A DNA stretch of 64,000 nucleotides, taken from positions 13,936,795 through 14,000,794 of the forward strand of contig NC_092670.1 of the NCBI RefSeq assembly GCF_964355755.1, read 5' to 3'. Position numbers and translations under genes: made by a program. Source of the stretch: Antedon mediterranea (lineage: Eukaryota; Animalia; Echinodermata). The notes below the pieces were generated by a model. It made no database searches. It was not told the origin of the DNA and saw only the letters and a program-made list of their open reading frames with translations. Shown here one piece after another: positions 1-11,000 of this stretch. The stretch's first letter is position 1; each line of letters begins with the position of its first letter.

Positions 1-1743
1 CATGTTTCGAATTCATTCATAATTCATATCTTTGTTTCTTTGCAAGTACAGATCGTTTCTCATTCGAAATGCCATTGAAGATGTTGCCATTTGCTCCCCA
101 GTGTTTTCTTTAACTACAGATTTTCCACTATGCTTCTTCTGTCTTAAAATATTTTTTTAATGATGGCAAAGTAATAGTAGGCCCCTAATAGATTTAATGC
201 TCCATCTGCATTCAAAGTTTCGATTCCATTTCCTGAAATTTTTTGCCAAGGAAGTTAAATACTGCTTGTTGTAGAAATTTAAATACTGTAATAAGGTACC
301 AATTATCAATTTATTCACAATTTCAAATTATTTCTAATTTATAAAGATTTATAACAAATGCTGGTGTGGATGACATAAGAACAAAGCTTGTTTACCGGTC
401 ACCGGTAGTGATGGCAAGTTAGAAAATTACCCAAACCCTTTGAATACCGTTGATATGTAGTATCTTTAACTGATGGTTCTTCATCCTTGTTGGCACAATA
501 TAATGTCCTTTATGCTCGACGAATCTTGGAAACAGCATTATAATATAAGCCAAAAAAGTTGTTGACTTGGTCACCAAACAGGTAAAATTCTGGCAATGAA
601 ATAGCAACTTTGATTGCAGATGAAGATGCTCACTTGTTATACCAAGCAATATGACATTATTTATTTCATGTGTCATTTCAATTTTGGATGTTTCCATACA
701 CGTTTGATCCAATAGACTGGGGTAATAATGTTTCACAACATTAGGTTCTATATAAATCCACGATATTATTGTATGAAAACTATTAATATCATGATATCTA
801 ATTATTATACTATAAATTAAACTTATATTTATGTGTGTAGGCCTACATATTACCACTAATTGCAAAGCATATATAGCTTAATGTTTATTGCGTAATAATT
901 GCTTAATGGGCTAGGCCGGCTATGTGCAGGTGTTCACAGGTCCCCAGGGCACAGAGAACTACATGCACAACAGGCCTAGGATATGCGCAAAAGCAAGGCA
1001 AGTCAGAAATGTATGCGAGCCATCGTTTTACCATCATCAAAAAATGCGAGGCAAAATTTAGGATCGATTATTATTCTTTGAAAACAGAACAGGATCAGCA
1101 GTAACATATTACAGCATTTTTATTGAAAAATTAACAAATATATTGAGATTAAACGTGTTTTTCACCAATAAATGCATGAGAAATTGACGCATTCCACTTT
1201 GTTTTAGTCCTCTATTATCATTTTGGCCGTGAAGCTAGTTAATTCTATTTCCTTATACTGAATTGAAGGCATTATATAATACTGTAGATGAAAAAACCTC
1301 AAAACGAAACCTCTACTTCCTCTGGTATCCAGTATCATTTACTACTATATGGCTAATGCTATCATCTTACACTATTGATAATTTTATAAATTACAGTAAC
1401 ATTTTGTACTGTACTTTTATATGTGTTACCCCAAATTTCACAACAATCATTAATATATGGTAATATCAATGCATAAATAAAATAAATTATACACTACTTT
1501 TTAGCAGTTTTCTCAATTTATATATTATTATTATACTGATGTCTTTATCAATTGTTGTTTTTATACATTTAACATGTTTGTTTTTTTTACGAATTTTACA
1601 ATCTATTTCTATTCCGAGAAATGTTTTGATATAAATACGTTGTTGTTGTATTGAATTAATTCTGTGAAGTCTTTTTGACCAACTCTTTAATTATCATTAT
1701 GAACAAACAATGTGAACATTGTAGTCAACTTATACCAGCCTTA

Positions 1744-1924
1744 AGGGTCGTTCACACCTGTTCCGGCACTGTTCCGGTCCGGCGAATCGAACATCAATGT
1801 TTCGTTTTCACTCGGCTATGCGCCAATCGATATGTGCGTAGCCACGTGAAAACGAAACATTGACGTTCGATTGGATTTTCCGGCGCCGGACCGGAACCGT
1901 GCCGGAACAGGTGTGAAAGACCCT
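1744..1924. mobile_element. 181-bp fully palindromic MITE, PIF/Harbinger-like (copy 1)
   Basis: Termini AGGGTCGTTCACACCTGTTCCGGCAC...GTGCCGGAACAGGTGTGAAAGACCCT with TTA on both sides; the interior is also self-complementary. Confidence 0.8.
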
Positions 1925-2163
1925 TTATACACGATATGACTTGAATGAAAAAAATAATCGTTACATAAAAATAAACAACATAGCATGATGAGTATATACA
2001 CGAATCTATTTCGATACGCTGGCCTATTTTAAAAATATAAATAATTGTAAACTATATGCCTCGCCTCTTTTTGAAATTGTAAACTATATGCCTTGCATGC
2101 CTCACACTTATATTTGGTGTGCCTCGCTGCCAAGCCCAATCGAATTGGAACAATACAATGAAA

Positions 2164-2240
2164 ACCCCAGTGGTCTAATGGTTAGGAGATCTGCATATCA
2201 AGCAGAAGGTTCCGGGTTTGAATCTGGGAGAGGGCTTTTT
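2164..2240 (+). ncRNA. tRNA-like Pol III unit or pseudo-tRNA (copy 1)
   Basis: A-box TGGTCTAATGG, stem TCTGC-ATATCAA-GCAGA, B-box-like GGTTTGAATC, followed by a T5 run. The acceptor stem pairs poorly. Confidence 0.55.
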
Positions 2241-2649
2241 CTCATTCTCACAGGTTTCGTCATTTTTATTTTTTCTAATTAATTAAATTTCATTATATCG
2301 GGCGGATTAGAATTTATTCTGTGATGTTTATATACTGTATATATATATTTTTTTCTCTTTTGTGGCGCAAACACTACATTCACATTCCTATTATCTACTA
2401 CTACTTTTTAGCAGTTTTCTCAATTTATATATTATTATTATACTGATGTCTTTATCAATTGTTGTTTGTATACATTTAACATGTTTGTTTTTTTACCAAT
2501 TTTACAATCTATTTCTATTCCGAGAAATGTTTTGATATACATACGTTGTTGTTGTATTGAATTAATTCTGTGAAGTCTTTTTGACCAACTCTTTAATTAT
2601 CATTATGAACAAACAATGTGAACATTGTAGTCAACTTATACCAGCCTTA

Positions 2650-2830
2650 AGGGTCGTTCACACCTGTTCCGGCACGGTTCCGGTCCGGCGAATCGAACAT
2701 CAATGTTTCGTTTTCACGCGGCTATGCGCCAATCGATATGTGCGTAGCCGCGTGAAAACGAAACACTGACGTTCGATTGGATTTTCCGGCGCCGGACCGG
2801 AACCGTGCCGGAACAGGTGTGAAAGACCCT
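2650..2830. mobile_element. 181-bp palindromic MITE (copy 2)
   Basis: Same TIRs, TTA flanks and flanking context as copy 1, so it was copied by tandem duplication. Confidence 0.8.
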
Positions 2831-3076
2831 TTATACACGATATGACTTGAATGAAAAAAATAATCGTTACATAAAAATAAACAACATAGCATGATGAGTA
2901 TATACACGAATCTATTTCGATACGCTGACCTATTTTAAAAATATAAATAATTGATTATTAGGCCTATAATATAGCATAATAGCACGTTAAGAAATGCCTC
3001 GCACCTTTTTGAAATTGTAAACTATATGCCTCGCACCTTTTTGAAATTGTAAACAAATTGGAACAATACAATGAAA

Positions 3077-3153
3077 ACCCCAGTGGTCTAATGGTTAGGA
3101 GATCTGCATATCAAGCAGAAGGTTCCGGGTTTGAATCTCGGAGAGGGCTTTTT
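3077..3153 (+). ncRNA. tRNA-like unit (copy 2)
   Basis: As copy 1; the T-stem CCGGG/CTCGG pairs. Confidence 0.55.
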
Positions 3154-4279
3154 CTCATTCTCACAGGTTTCGTCATTTTTATTTTTTCTAATTAATTAAA
3201 TTTCATTATATCGGGGGGATTAGAATTTATTCTGTGATGTTTATATACTGTATATATATATTTTTTTCTCTTTTGTGGCGCAAACACTACATTCACATTC
3301 CTATTATCTCATGTCATTAAATCCTATTATTTAACACATTTTTGTTAATTCCAAATGTCATACATTTTTACATTTATGAATTCCGTATTACCTCCTTTTT
3401 TCATTAATTTTTCTAAACACTTGACAATGATCATCATTATCATCTATCTCGTTTTAAAATATTTTACACATAAAGAACAATCCCTTTGTGAGTTTTTCAT
3501 TTTCATTTCTTTGTTTGCCTCGCACTTTGTTACTACCCTGTGTGTGTGTGTTTAAAATAGGCGCCATCTTTGATTTCAACATGGCGGCTGTTTACAACTT
3601 TAATAACAATATATTTGGAATACTCAGTATCACAAACATAGGTACTGTATAGACATCATTTCTAACCTACTATGTTACTTATATGTCAAGTTATAAGCCA
3701 AAATACGTTTTAAATGGCGACCATCTTGAATTCCAACATGGCGACTGAAATAGAATATTTACAACTTTAATAACAATATATTTGGAATCCTCAGTATCAC
3801 AAATATAGGTACTGTATATACATCATCTCTAACCTACTATGTTACTTATATGTTAAGTTATAAGCCAAAATACGTTTTAAATGTTGAATTCCAACATGGA
3901 GGCTGAAATAGAATATTTACAACTTTAATAACAATATATTGTACTGTACTTTTATATGTGTTACCCCAAATTTCACAACAATCATTAATATATGGTAATA
4001 TCAATATGCATAAATAAAATAAATTATACACTACTTTTTAGCAGTTTTCTCAATGTATATATTATTATTATACTGATGTCTTTATCAATTGTTGTTTTTA
4101 TACATTTAACATGTTTGTTTTTTTACGAATTTTACAATCTATTTCTATTCCGAGAAATGTTTTGATATAAATACGTTGTTGTTGTATTGAATTAATTCTG
4201 TGAAGTCTTTTTGACCAACTCTTTAATTATCATTATGAACAAACAATGTGAACATTGTAGTCAACTTATACCAGCCTTA

Positions 4280-4460
4280 AGGGTCGTTCACACCTGTTCC
4301 GGCACGGTTCCGGTCCGGCGAATCGAACATCAATGTTTCGTTTTCACGCGGCTATGCGCCAATCGATATGTGCGTAGCCGCGTGAAAACGAAACACTGAA
4401 GTTCGATTTGATTTTCCGGCGCCGGACCGGAACCGTGCCGGAACAGGTGTGAAAGACCCT
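4280..4460. mobile_element. 181-bp palindromic MITE (copy 3)
   Basis: As copy 1. Confidence 0.8.
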
Positions 4461-4762
4461 TTATACACGATCGACTTGAATGAAAAAAATAATCGTTACA
4501 TAAAAATAAACAACATAGCATGATGAGTATATACACGAATCTATTTCGATACGCTGGCCTATTTTAAAAATATAAATAATTGATTATTAGGCCTATAATA
4601 TAGCATAATAGCACGTTAAGAAATGCCTCGCACCTTTTTGAAATTATAAAATATATGCCTCGCATCTTTTTGAAATTGTAAACTATATGCCTTGCATGCC
4701 TCACACTTATATTTGGTGTGCCTCGCTGCCAAGCCCAATCGAATTGGAACAATACAATGAAA

Positions 4763-4839
4763 ACCCCAGTGGTCTAATGGTTAGGAGATCTGCATATCAA
4801 GCAGAAGATTCCGGGTTTGAATCTCGGAGAGGGCTTTTT
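4763..4839 (+). ncRNA. tRNA-like unit (copy 3)
   Basis: As copy 2. Confidence 0.55.
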
Positions 4840-5248
4840 CTCATTCTCACAGGTTTCGTCATTTTTATTTTTTCTAATTAATTAAATTTCATTATATCGG
4901 TCGGATTAGAATTTATTCTGTGATGGTTATATACTGTATATATATATTTTTTTCTCTTTTGTGGCGCAAACACTACATTCACATTCCTATTATCTACTAC
5001 TACTTTTTAGCAGTTTTCTCAATTTATATATTATTATTATACTGATGTCTTTATCAATTGTTGTTTGTATACATTTAACACGTTTGTTTTTTTACCAATT
5101 TTACAATCTATTTCTATTCCGAGAAATGTTTTGATATAAATACATTGTTGTTGTATTGAATTAATTCTGTGAAGTCTTTTTGACCAACTCTTTAATTATC
5201 ATTATGAACAAACAATGTGAACATTGTAGTCAACTTATACCAACCTTA

Positions 5249-5429
5249 AGGGTCGTTCACACCTGTTCCGGCACGGTTCCGGTCCGGCGAATCGAACATC
5301 AATGTTTCGTTTTCACGCGGCTATGCGCCAATCGATATGTGCGTAGCCGCGTGAAAACGAAACACTGACGTTCGATTGGATTTTCCGGCGCCGGACCGGA
5401 ACCGTGCCGGAACAGGTGTGAAAGACCCT
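5249..5429. mobile_element. 181-bp palindromic MITE (copy 4)
   Basis: As copy 1. Confidence 0.8.
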
Positions 5430-5732
5430 TTATACACGATATGACTTGAATGAAAAAAATAATCGTTACATAAAAATAAACAACATAGCATGATGAGTAT
5501 ATACACGAATCTATTTCGATACGCTGGCCTATTTTAAAAATATAAATAATTGATTATTAGGCCTATAATATAGCATAATAGCACGTTAAGAAATGCCTCG
5601 CACCTTTTTGAAATTGTAAACTATATGCCTCGCATCTTTTTGAAATTGTAAACTATATGCCTTGCATGCCTCACACTTATATTTGGTGTGCCTCGCTGCC
5701 AAGCCCAATCGAATTGGAACAATACAATGAAA

Positions 5733-5809
5733 ACCCCAGTGGTCTAATGGTTAGGAGATCTGCATATCAAGCAGAAGGTTCCGGGTTTGAATCTCGGAGA
5801 GGGCTTTTT
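5733..5809 (+). ncRNA. tRNA-like unit (copy 4)
   Basis: As copy 2. Confidence 0.55.
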
Positions 5810-6212
5810 CTCATTCTCACAGGTTTCGTCATTTTTATTTTTTCTAATTAATTAAATTTCATTATATCGGGCGGATTAGAATTTATTCTGTGATGTTTAT
5901 ATACTGTATATATATATTTTTTTCTCTTTTGTGGCGCAAACACTACATTCACATTCCTATTATCTCATGTCATTAAATCCTATTATTTAACACATTTTTG
6001 TTAATTCCAAATGTCATACATTTTTACATTTATGAATTCCGTATTACCTCCTTTTTTCATTAATTTTTCTAAACACTTTACAATGATCATCATTATCATC
6101 TATCTCGTTTTAAAATATTTTACACATAAAGAACAATCCCTTTGTGAGTTTTTCATTTTCATTTGTTTGTTTGCCTCGCACTTTGTCACTACCCTGTGTG
6201 CGTGTGTGTGTT

Positions 6213-7028
6213 AAAAATAGGCGTCATCTTTGATTTCAACATGGCGGCTGTTTACAACTTTAATAACAATATATTTGGAATCCTCAGTATCACAAACATA
6301 GGTACTGTATAGACATCATTTCTAACCTACTATGTTACTTATATGTCAAGTTATAAGCCAAAATACGTTTTAAATGGCGACCATCTTGAATTCCAACATG
6401 GCGACTGAAATAGAATATTTACAACTTTAATAACAATATATTTGGAATCCTCAGTATCACAAATATAGGTACTGTATATACATCATTTCTAACCTACTAT
6501 GTTACTTATATGTTAAGTTATAAGCCAAAATACGTTTTAAATGTTGAATTCCAACATGGAGGCTGAAATAGAATATTTACAACTTTAATAACAATATATT
6601 TGGAATCCTCAGTATCACAAACATAGGTATAGAAACTATTTTTAACTTGCTATGTTAATTAAAAGTCAAGTTATAAGACAAAATACGTTTAAAATGGCGG
6701 CCATCTTGGATTTCAACATGGCGGTTGAAATACAATATTTGCAACTTTAATAACAATATAGTTTGAATCTTCACTATCACAAACATAGGTATAGACACCA
6801 TTTTTAACTTGCTACGTCACTTAAAAGTCAAGTTATAAGCCAAAATAAGTCTGAAATGGCGGCCATTTTGTTTTTCACATTTTAAGGGTGAAGATCTAAA
6901 AATTGAGCTGGGTAAACAGCAAATTTGAATTCAGCACCCCAAAATTACCCTAAAACACATGTTTATTCGCTTTTAACACGAAATGCCTACAGCATCTTAT
7001 TAGAGTGGAAATATGACTATCTGGACTA
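6213..7028. repeat. ~162-bp tandem repeats (AAATGGCGGCCATCTT core) leading to a probable DNA-transposon terminus (...TATCTGGACTA); partial array also at 3555-3940
   Basis: About 4-5 units seen directly. The terminus, possibly Academ-like (TAG..CTA), is inferred; no TSD was found. Confidence 0.6.
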
Positions 7029-9646
7029 GGCCTAGTCTATAACCAGGGCAGGGGCGTAGCTAGAGTTTCAGAACAGACACTACTGGCAAGGCCATGTTTA
7101 TTTAAATAGTCAAACAGGCCTATCAGTAACGATTAATATTAAAGTGTTTAATATACTACAGAGCTGATCATTGTATCTTATATTGCAATGATATTAAATT
7201 TCTTAGAGTTATACCTCAGCTGCAAGGGATTTATATAGACAACAATTAAGGAAATTATGGCAAAAATGTTCACGTCCAGAATGTAATTTTGTACTCAGAT
7301 GAAATGTAACAGTCACGTTAACGCACCTATAACGCCTGGCGACCGAAATCAATAAAAAGACGACCATTACAGAAATAAGTAAAAGAAAGTACAACGCGGC
7401 TTTTCAAAATTTCGAATAGAATTCGAATATTTTAAATAAAAAAACCAATATCAAGAAATATGCCTACACAGTCTATGCTTGTTGAACTCTCCAACTACAT
7501 CTTAATAAACTTTCTCTCTCCTATTCACATAGATAGAGGCCTAGATTAGTAGCTATTTTTAAAACTGCATGAAAAGTTAATCATAAAAGTTTACACAGGC
7601 ATAAATAAAGCTATTTAATATACAACTTGAGTGTATCATATACTTACAATCTGCTGGTTGTATTACAGCGATACCATTTTTTAGAAGATCAGCACTTAGA
7701 AAAAGGACCAGTAAATAAAACATATTGTAGGTTTGTAGTATTGGATTCAACTAACCCAAACAAATGTTATTCCTTGGTATATGTACTTATTTCCTTGTGT
7801 ATTCTCGCCTTTGATTGGATATAAATTTCTTACACGTCATTTGGGAATATGACAATTTTAAAACACCGTAAAAAACAATATTTTGTGCCGAACTTTCTTG
7901 GTCGGTCGGCTACCTGTCACCAAGAGTTAGGTATGAACATAAAACAACACCGTGATGTTTATTACAGGTTCGGTAAGTCATAGCTGTACAGGTGGCTTGG
8001 TACCAATCCGTGACCTGTACACAGGTGATGGTCATAAAACAGTGGGGATCCTGGAAAATGACAGTTTAAGCCTTTCGTTTTTGGTAATAAGATACATAAT
8101 AAGATAATAAATAAGATATCAAACTCAGGGGGATTTCCCTTTTCTTTCTTTTTTAGCCAAATTATGTAATGCCTCGGACCAAAGAACCTAAAACTTTATC
8201 AGCCTATACTTTAAAGTATAAAAACAGGAAATATACATACATTATAAAATATGAAAGTTTGCATCTGAACTATCAAACTATATAATATGCTATAAAAACA
8301 TGGACACACACCCTGCAATTGGGCCTATATGTATGTACAATATAATTAGTATCAGTTTAAAATGATTAATGAATTAAATCAAGGCCTATTCGTATACACA
8401 AATGTATATTGTTAACTACTACCGTACTGTACATTCATGTAAAACACAAATCTTTGTTTCGTAAATAAAATTGTCTTATAATTACTATATTTAAAAAAAA
8501 ACTACACAGTAGGCCTACATATTTTTTTTATTCGTTAATTTTATTTGTAAATAATTATAGCTTGTCTACTATTTGGTCTTCTCCAGCTCCCCTCATTATC
8601 TTTGTTACTGTTAAACTTGTACTCTTATTTTTGTAAACCAATTTTTGAATTGTTTTGTTAAATTAATCTGTGGTCTCTATCATACAACCCTCCTGGTTTC
8701 CTGAGACCCCATGCCATCATTTTCTTGAAACATACTATTATTGTATTTATGATTTGATGATTGTATTTGTATCATTTAAATCCTGGTTAGCGACGAGGGC
8801 GTATCCCTATACTTTTTTTGAGTTGAGCTTTTTATTTTTTTTTCCCTCTCTCATACAGAGCTTAGAGGTTTTACGACACTATGTAATTTATAAATCCAGG
8901 ATATTATTGTTGACCTTTATATGTTTCAATAATTTGGAAACGTAAACCTTAAATATTGTTGATCCAATTTCCATGTCATGACGTAAATTCCACAGGGTAC
9001 CATCTCCCTGTTTATATTAAATATAACAATTTCGGGGAAAAAACATCTGAAAAATAACTAGCCTGACACAAAGATATTCGTTATCATTATAAAATGTTGC
9101 GTCGTGTTCATTACAACAAAATCCAGTTTGTACAATTTCAATCATTTATTCCATTATTGGACTACAATTGGGTATTATATTACGGAACAGTTACTCGATT
9201 AACATACAAGAAAATATCGCTTATATTGCATAGGCGTTTTCAGTATGCTTGCGTTCAATTGAAGTGAATTGCGCGCTCTAAGCGCATTCAAACAAAGTCA
9301 GTTCTCAGATTCAGTTAAAAGTCAAAGTTTCTTTCTGTCCCATCTCTAAATTAAAATCAACTGACTTATAATACGTACCAACTTTCTTCCCAAAAGAAAG
9401 TACATTTCATAATAAATAACATAACGCGCTTTCGATTTATTCAATCATTTTAATAACAATTGTCTAAAATTACAATTTTAGACAATAATATTTACTTAAT
9501 TTTCAATAATTTCCTTGATGAGCTGATAATAGGATAGGCCTATCATTTCCTTATGTTATGTATCAACAAGTTATGTATCATACTCGAGTAATACTCGTAT
9601 AATACTCGTCTGGTAAATGACGATGTTTCATTTTCATGTTTCATAC

Positions 9647-10056
9647 CATGTGTTCACACAAGAGTTTATATACTCTGGGATTTTCCACCAATAAATCGGT
9701 GGATTCGCCACACTATTCATACGTTAATCATGTGTTCACACAGGAGTTGGAAACTGTGCTAACTCACTCAAACTTATATCACTATGGATACAGGCCAATG
9801 ATTTTCCAATAATGTATTGCAATGCATTTCTCTACTCTGGGATTTTCCACCACCAATAAATCGGTGGTTCGCCACACTATTCATACGTTGATCATATGTT
9901 CACACAGGAGTTGGAAACTGTGCTAAATCACTCAAACTGATATCACTATGGATACAGGACAATGATTTTCCAATAATGCATTACAATGCATTTTTTTACT
10001 CAGGGATTTTCCACCAATAAATCGGTAGATTCGCCATACTATTTATACGCTAACCA
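9647..10056 (-). repeat. About 2.5 decayed tandem copies (~162 bp) of the GPCR 3' coding end
   Basis: TTCACACA(G/A)GAGTT recurs at about 9653, 9735, 9899 and 10061. The copies translate to NSMANxPIYWWKIPE...AQFPTPV* with stops and indels. Confidence 0.9.
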
Positions 10057-10061
10057 TGTGT

Positions 10062-11000
10062 TCACACAGGAGTTGGAAACTGTGCTAAATCACTCAAACT
10101 GATATCACTATGGATCCAGGCCAATGATTTTCCAATAATGCATTGCAATGCTCTTCTGTACTCTGGGATTTTCCACCAGTAGATCGGTGGATTCGCCATG
10201 CTATTCACACGTATCAAGATCCGTACACATAATGATCCATATACCCATACGTCACGTGTCATACCATCTGCGCAAAATCGAATGACTATGAAGATAATGG
10301 ACGGGAACCAGCACAACCACATAATCCCTGTTATAGCCGCGAATACTTTAAGTACATGTCTGGTACGTTTCACGCGATTAAAATTTCTGCCAAAAGCTCT
10401 CAGTTCTCGTTCTTGGTCTTTAACATAGCGATATATCGCAAAATACACACAGGTGTTTAAAAATAGTAAAACGATTACAAATATTCCTATTAAGAAATCC
10501 ATAATGTTGTAATCGTTTAATATTTTAAATAGTATAATCCAGACAAAAACCGGCACGCTCCATAAAAGTAGCAAAACGAAAAACAAGGTTTTACTCATAA
10601 CGCTAGACGCATAAACCAATGGAAACGCTACAATAGCAATGTATCTATCGATGCCAATCGCTGTCAATGATACAACGGACGTTAAAAAGATACAATAATT
10701 TACAATTTGTAATTCATCAGATTTCGGTATATCAAAGAATATTAGAAAAGCGAAAAATGAAGTTAAGAAGTCAGCACATGTAAGCGAAACAACGAAGACG
10801 CTTTTCTTGTGATGTAGCGGTCGAGAGACGATGAATCCGGCCAACACTGTAAAGTTTCCCAACACAGCTAGTATGGTTACAACGAGGTAGATTATGGCGA
10901 GAGCAAGTCCAACTGAGGATTGTTTCAATGATTTGAAAGTTAAATCCAGTCCCTTTGTTTCGGCGTTCGTATGTGTGTCGTTGATCGAAAAGTTGTCCAT
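10062..11000 (-). CDS. Class A (rhodopsin-like) GPCR, single coding exon, 312 aa
   Basis: Seven hydrophobic segments with GN (TM1), SLTCAD (TM2), IDRY (TM3), CWFP (TM6) and NPPIY (TM7). N-terminal sequons NFS and NDT. The ATG at 11000 follows a pyrimidine tract and AG acceptor. Confidence 0.92.
   Translation of the reverse strand: MDNFSINDTHTNAETKGLDLTFKSLKQSSVGLALAIIYLVVTILAVLGNFTVLAGFIVSRPLHHKKSVFVVSLTCADFLTSFFAFLIFFDIPKSDELQIVNYCIFLTSVVSLTAIGIDRYIAIVAFPLVYASSVMSKTLFFVLLLLWSVPVFVWIILFKILNDYNIMDFLIGIFVIVLLFLNTCVYFAIYRYVKDQERELRAFGRNFNRVKRTRHVLKVFAAITGIMWLCWFPSIIFIVIRFCADGMTRDVWVYGSLCVRILIRVNSMANPPIYWWKIPEYRRALQCIIGKSLAWIHSDISLSDLAQFPTPV

Larger units (their letters stand above)
1400..6600. 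repeat. Nested tandem duplication: two ~2.55-2.65 kb units, each with two ~0.9-1.0 kb subunits
   Basis: Near-identical blocks recur; the same spurious 62-aa ORF starts at 1675, 2581, 4211 and 5180. 1400-2395 matches ~3940-4995, and 2400-3940 matches ~5000-6600. Confidence 0.9.

Noticed and set aside
419-865. 148-aa minus-strand ORF
   Set aside because: No recognisable motif, a non-ATG start, and stops in neighbouring frames; at most an unidentifiable decayed element.
1205-7028. Single TAG..CTA-terminated (Academ-like) element spanning the whole amplified block
   Set aside because: Only TAGTCC matches between the ends and no target-site duplication is present, so the left boundary is unsupported.
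7049-7070. CAGGGGCGTAGC hAT-like terminus
   Set aside because: No matching opposite terminus or TSD was found.
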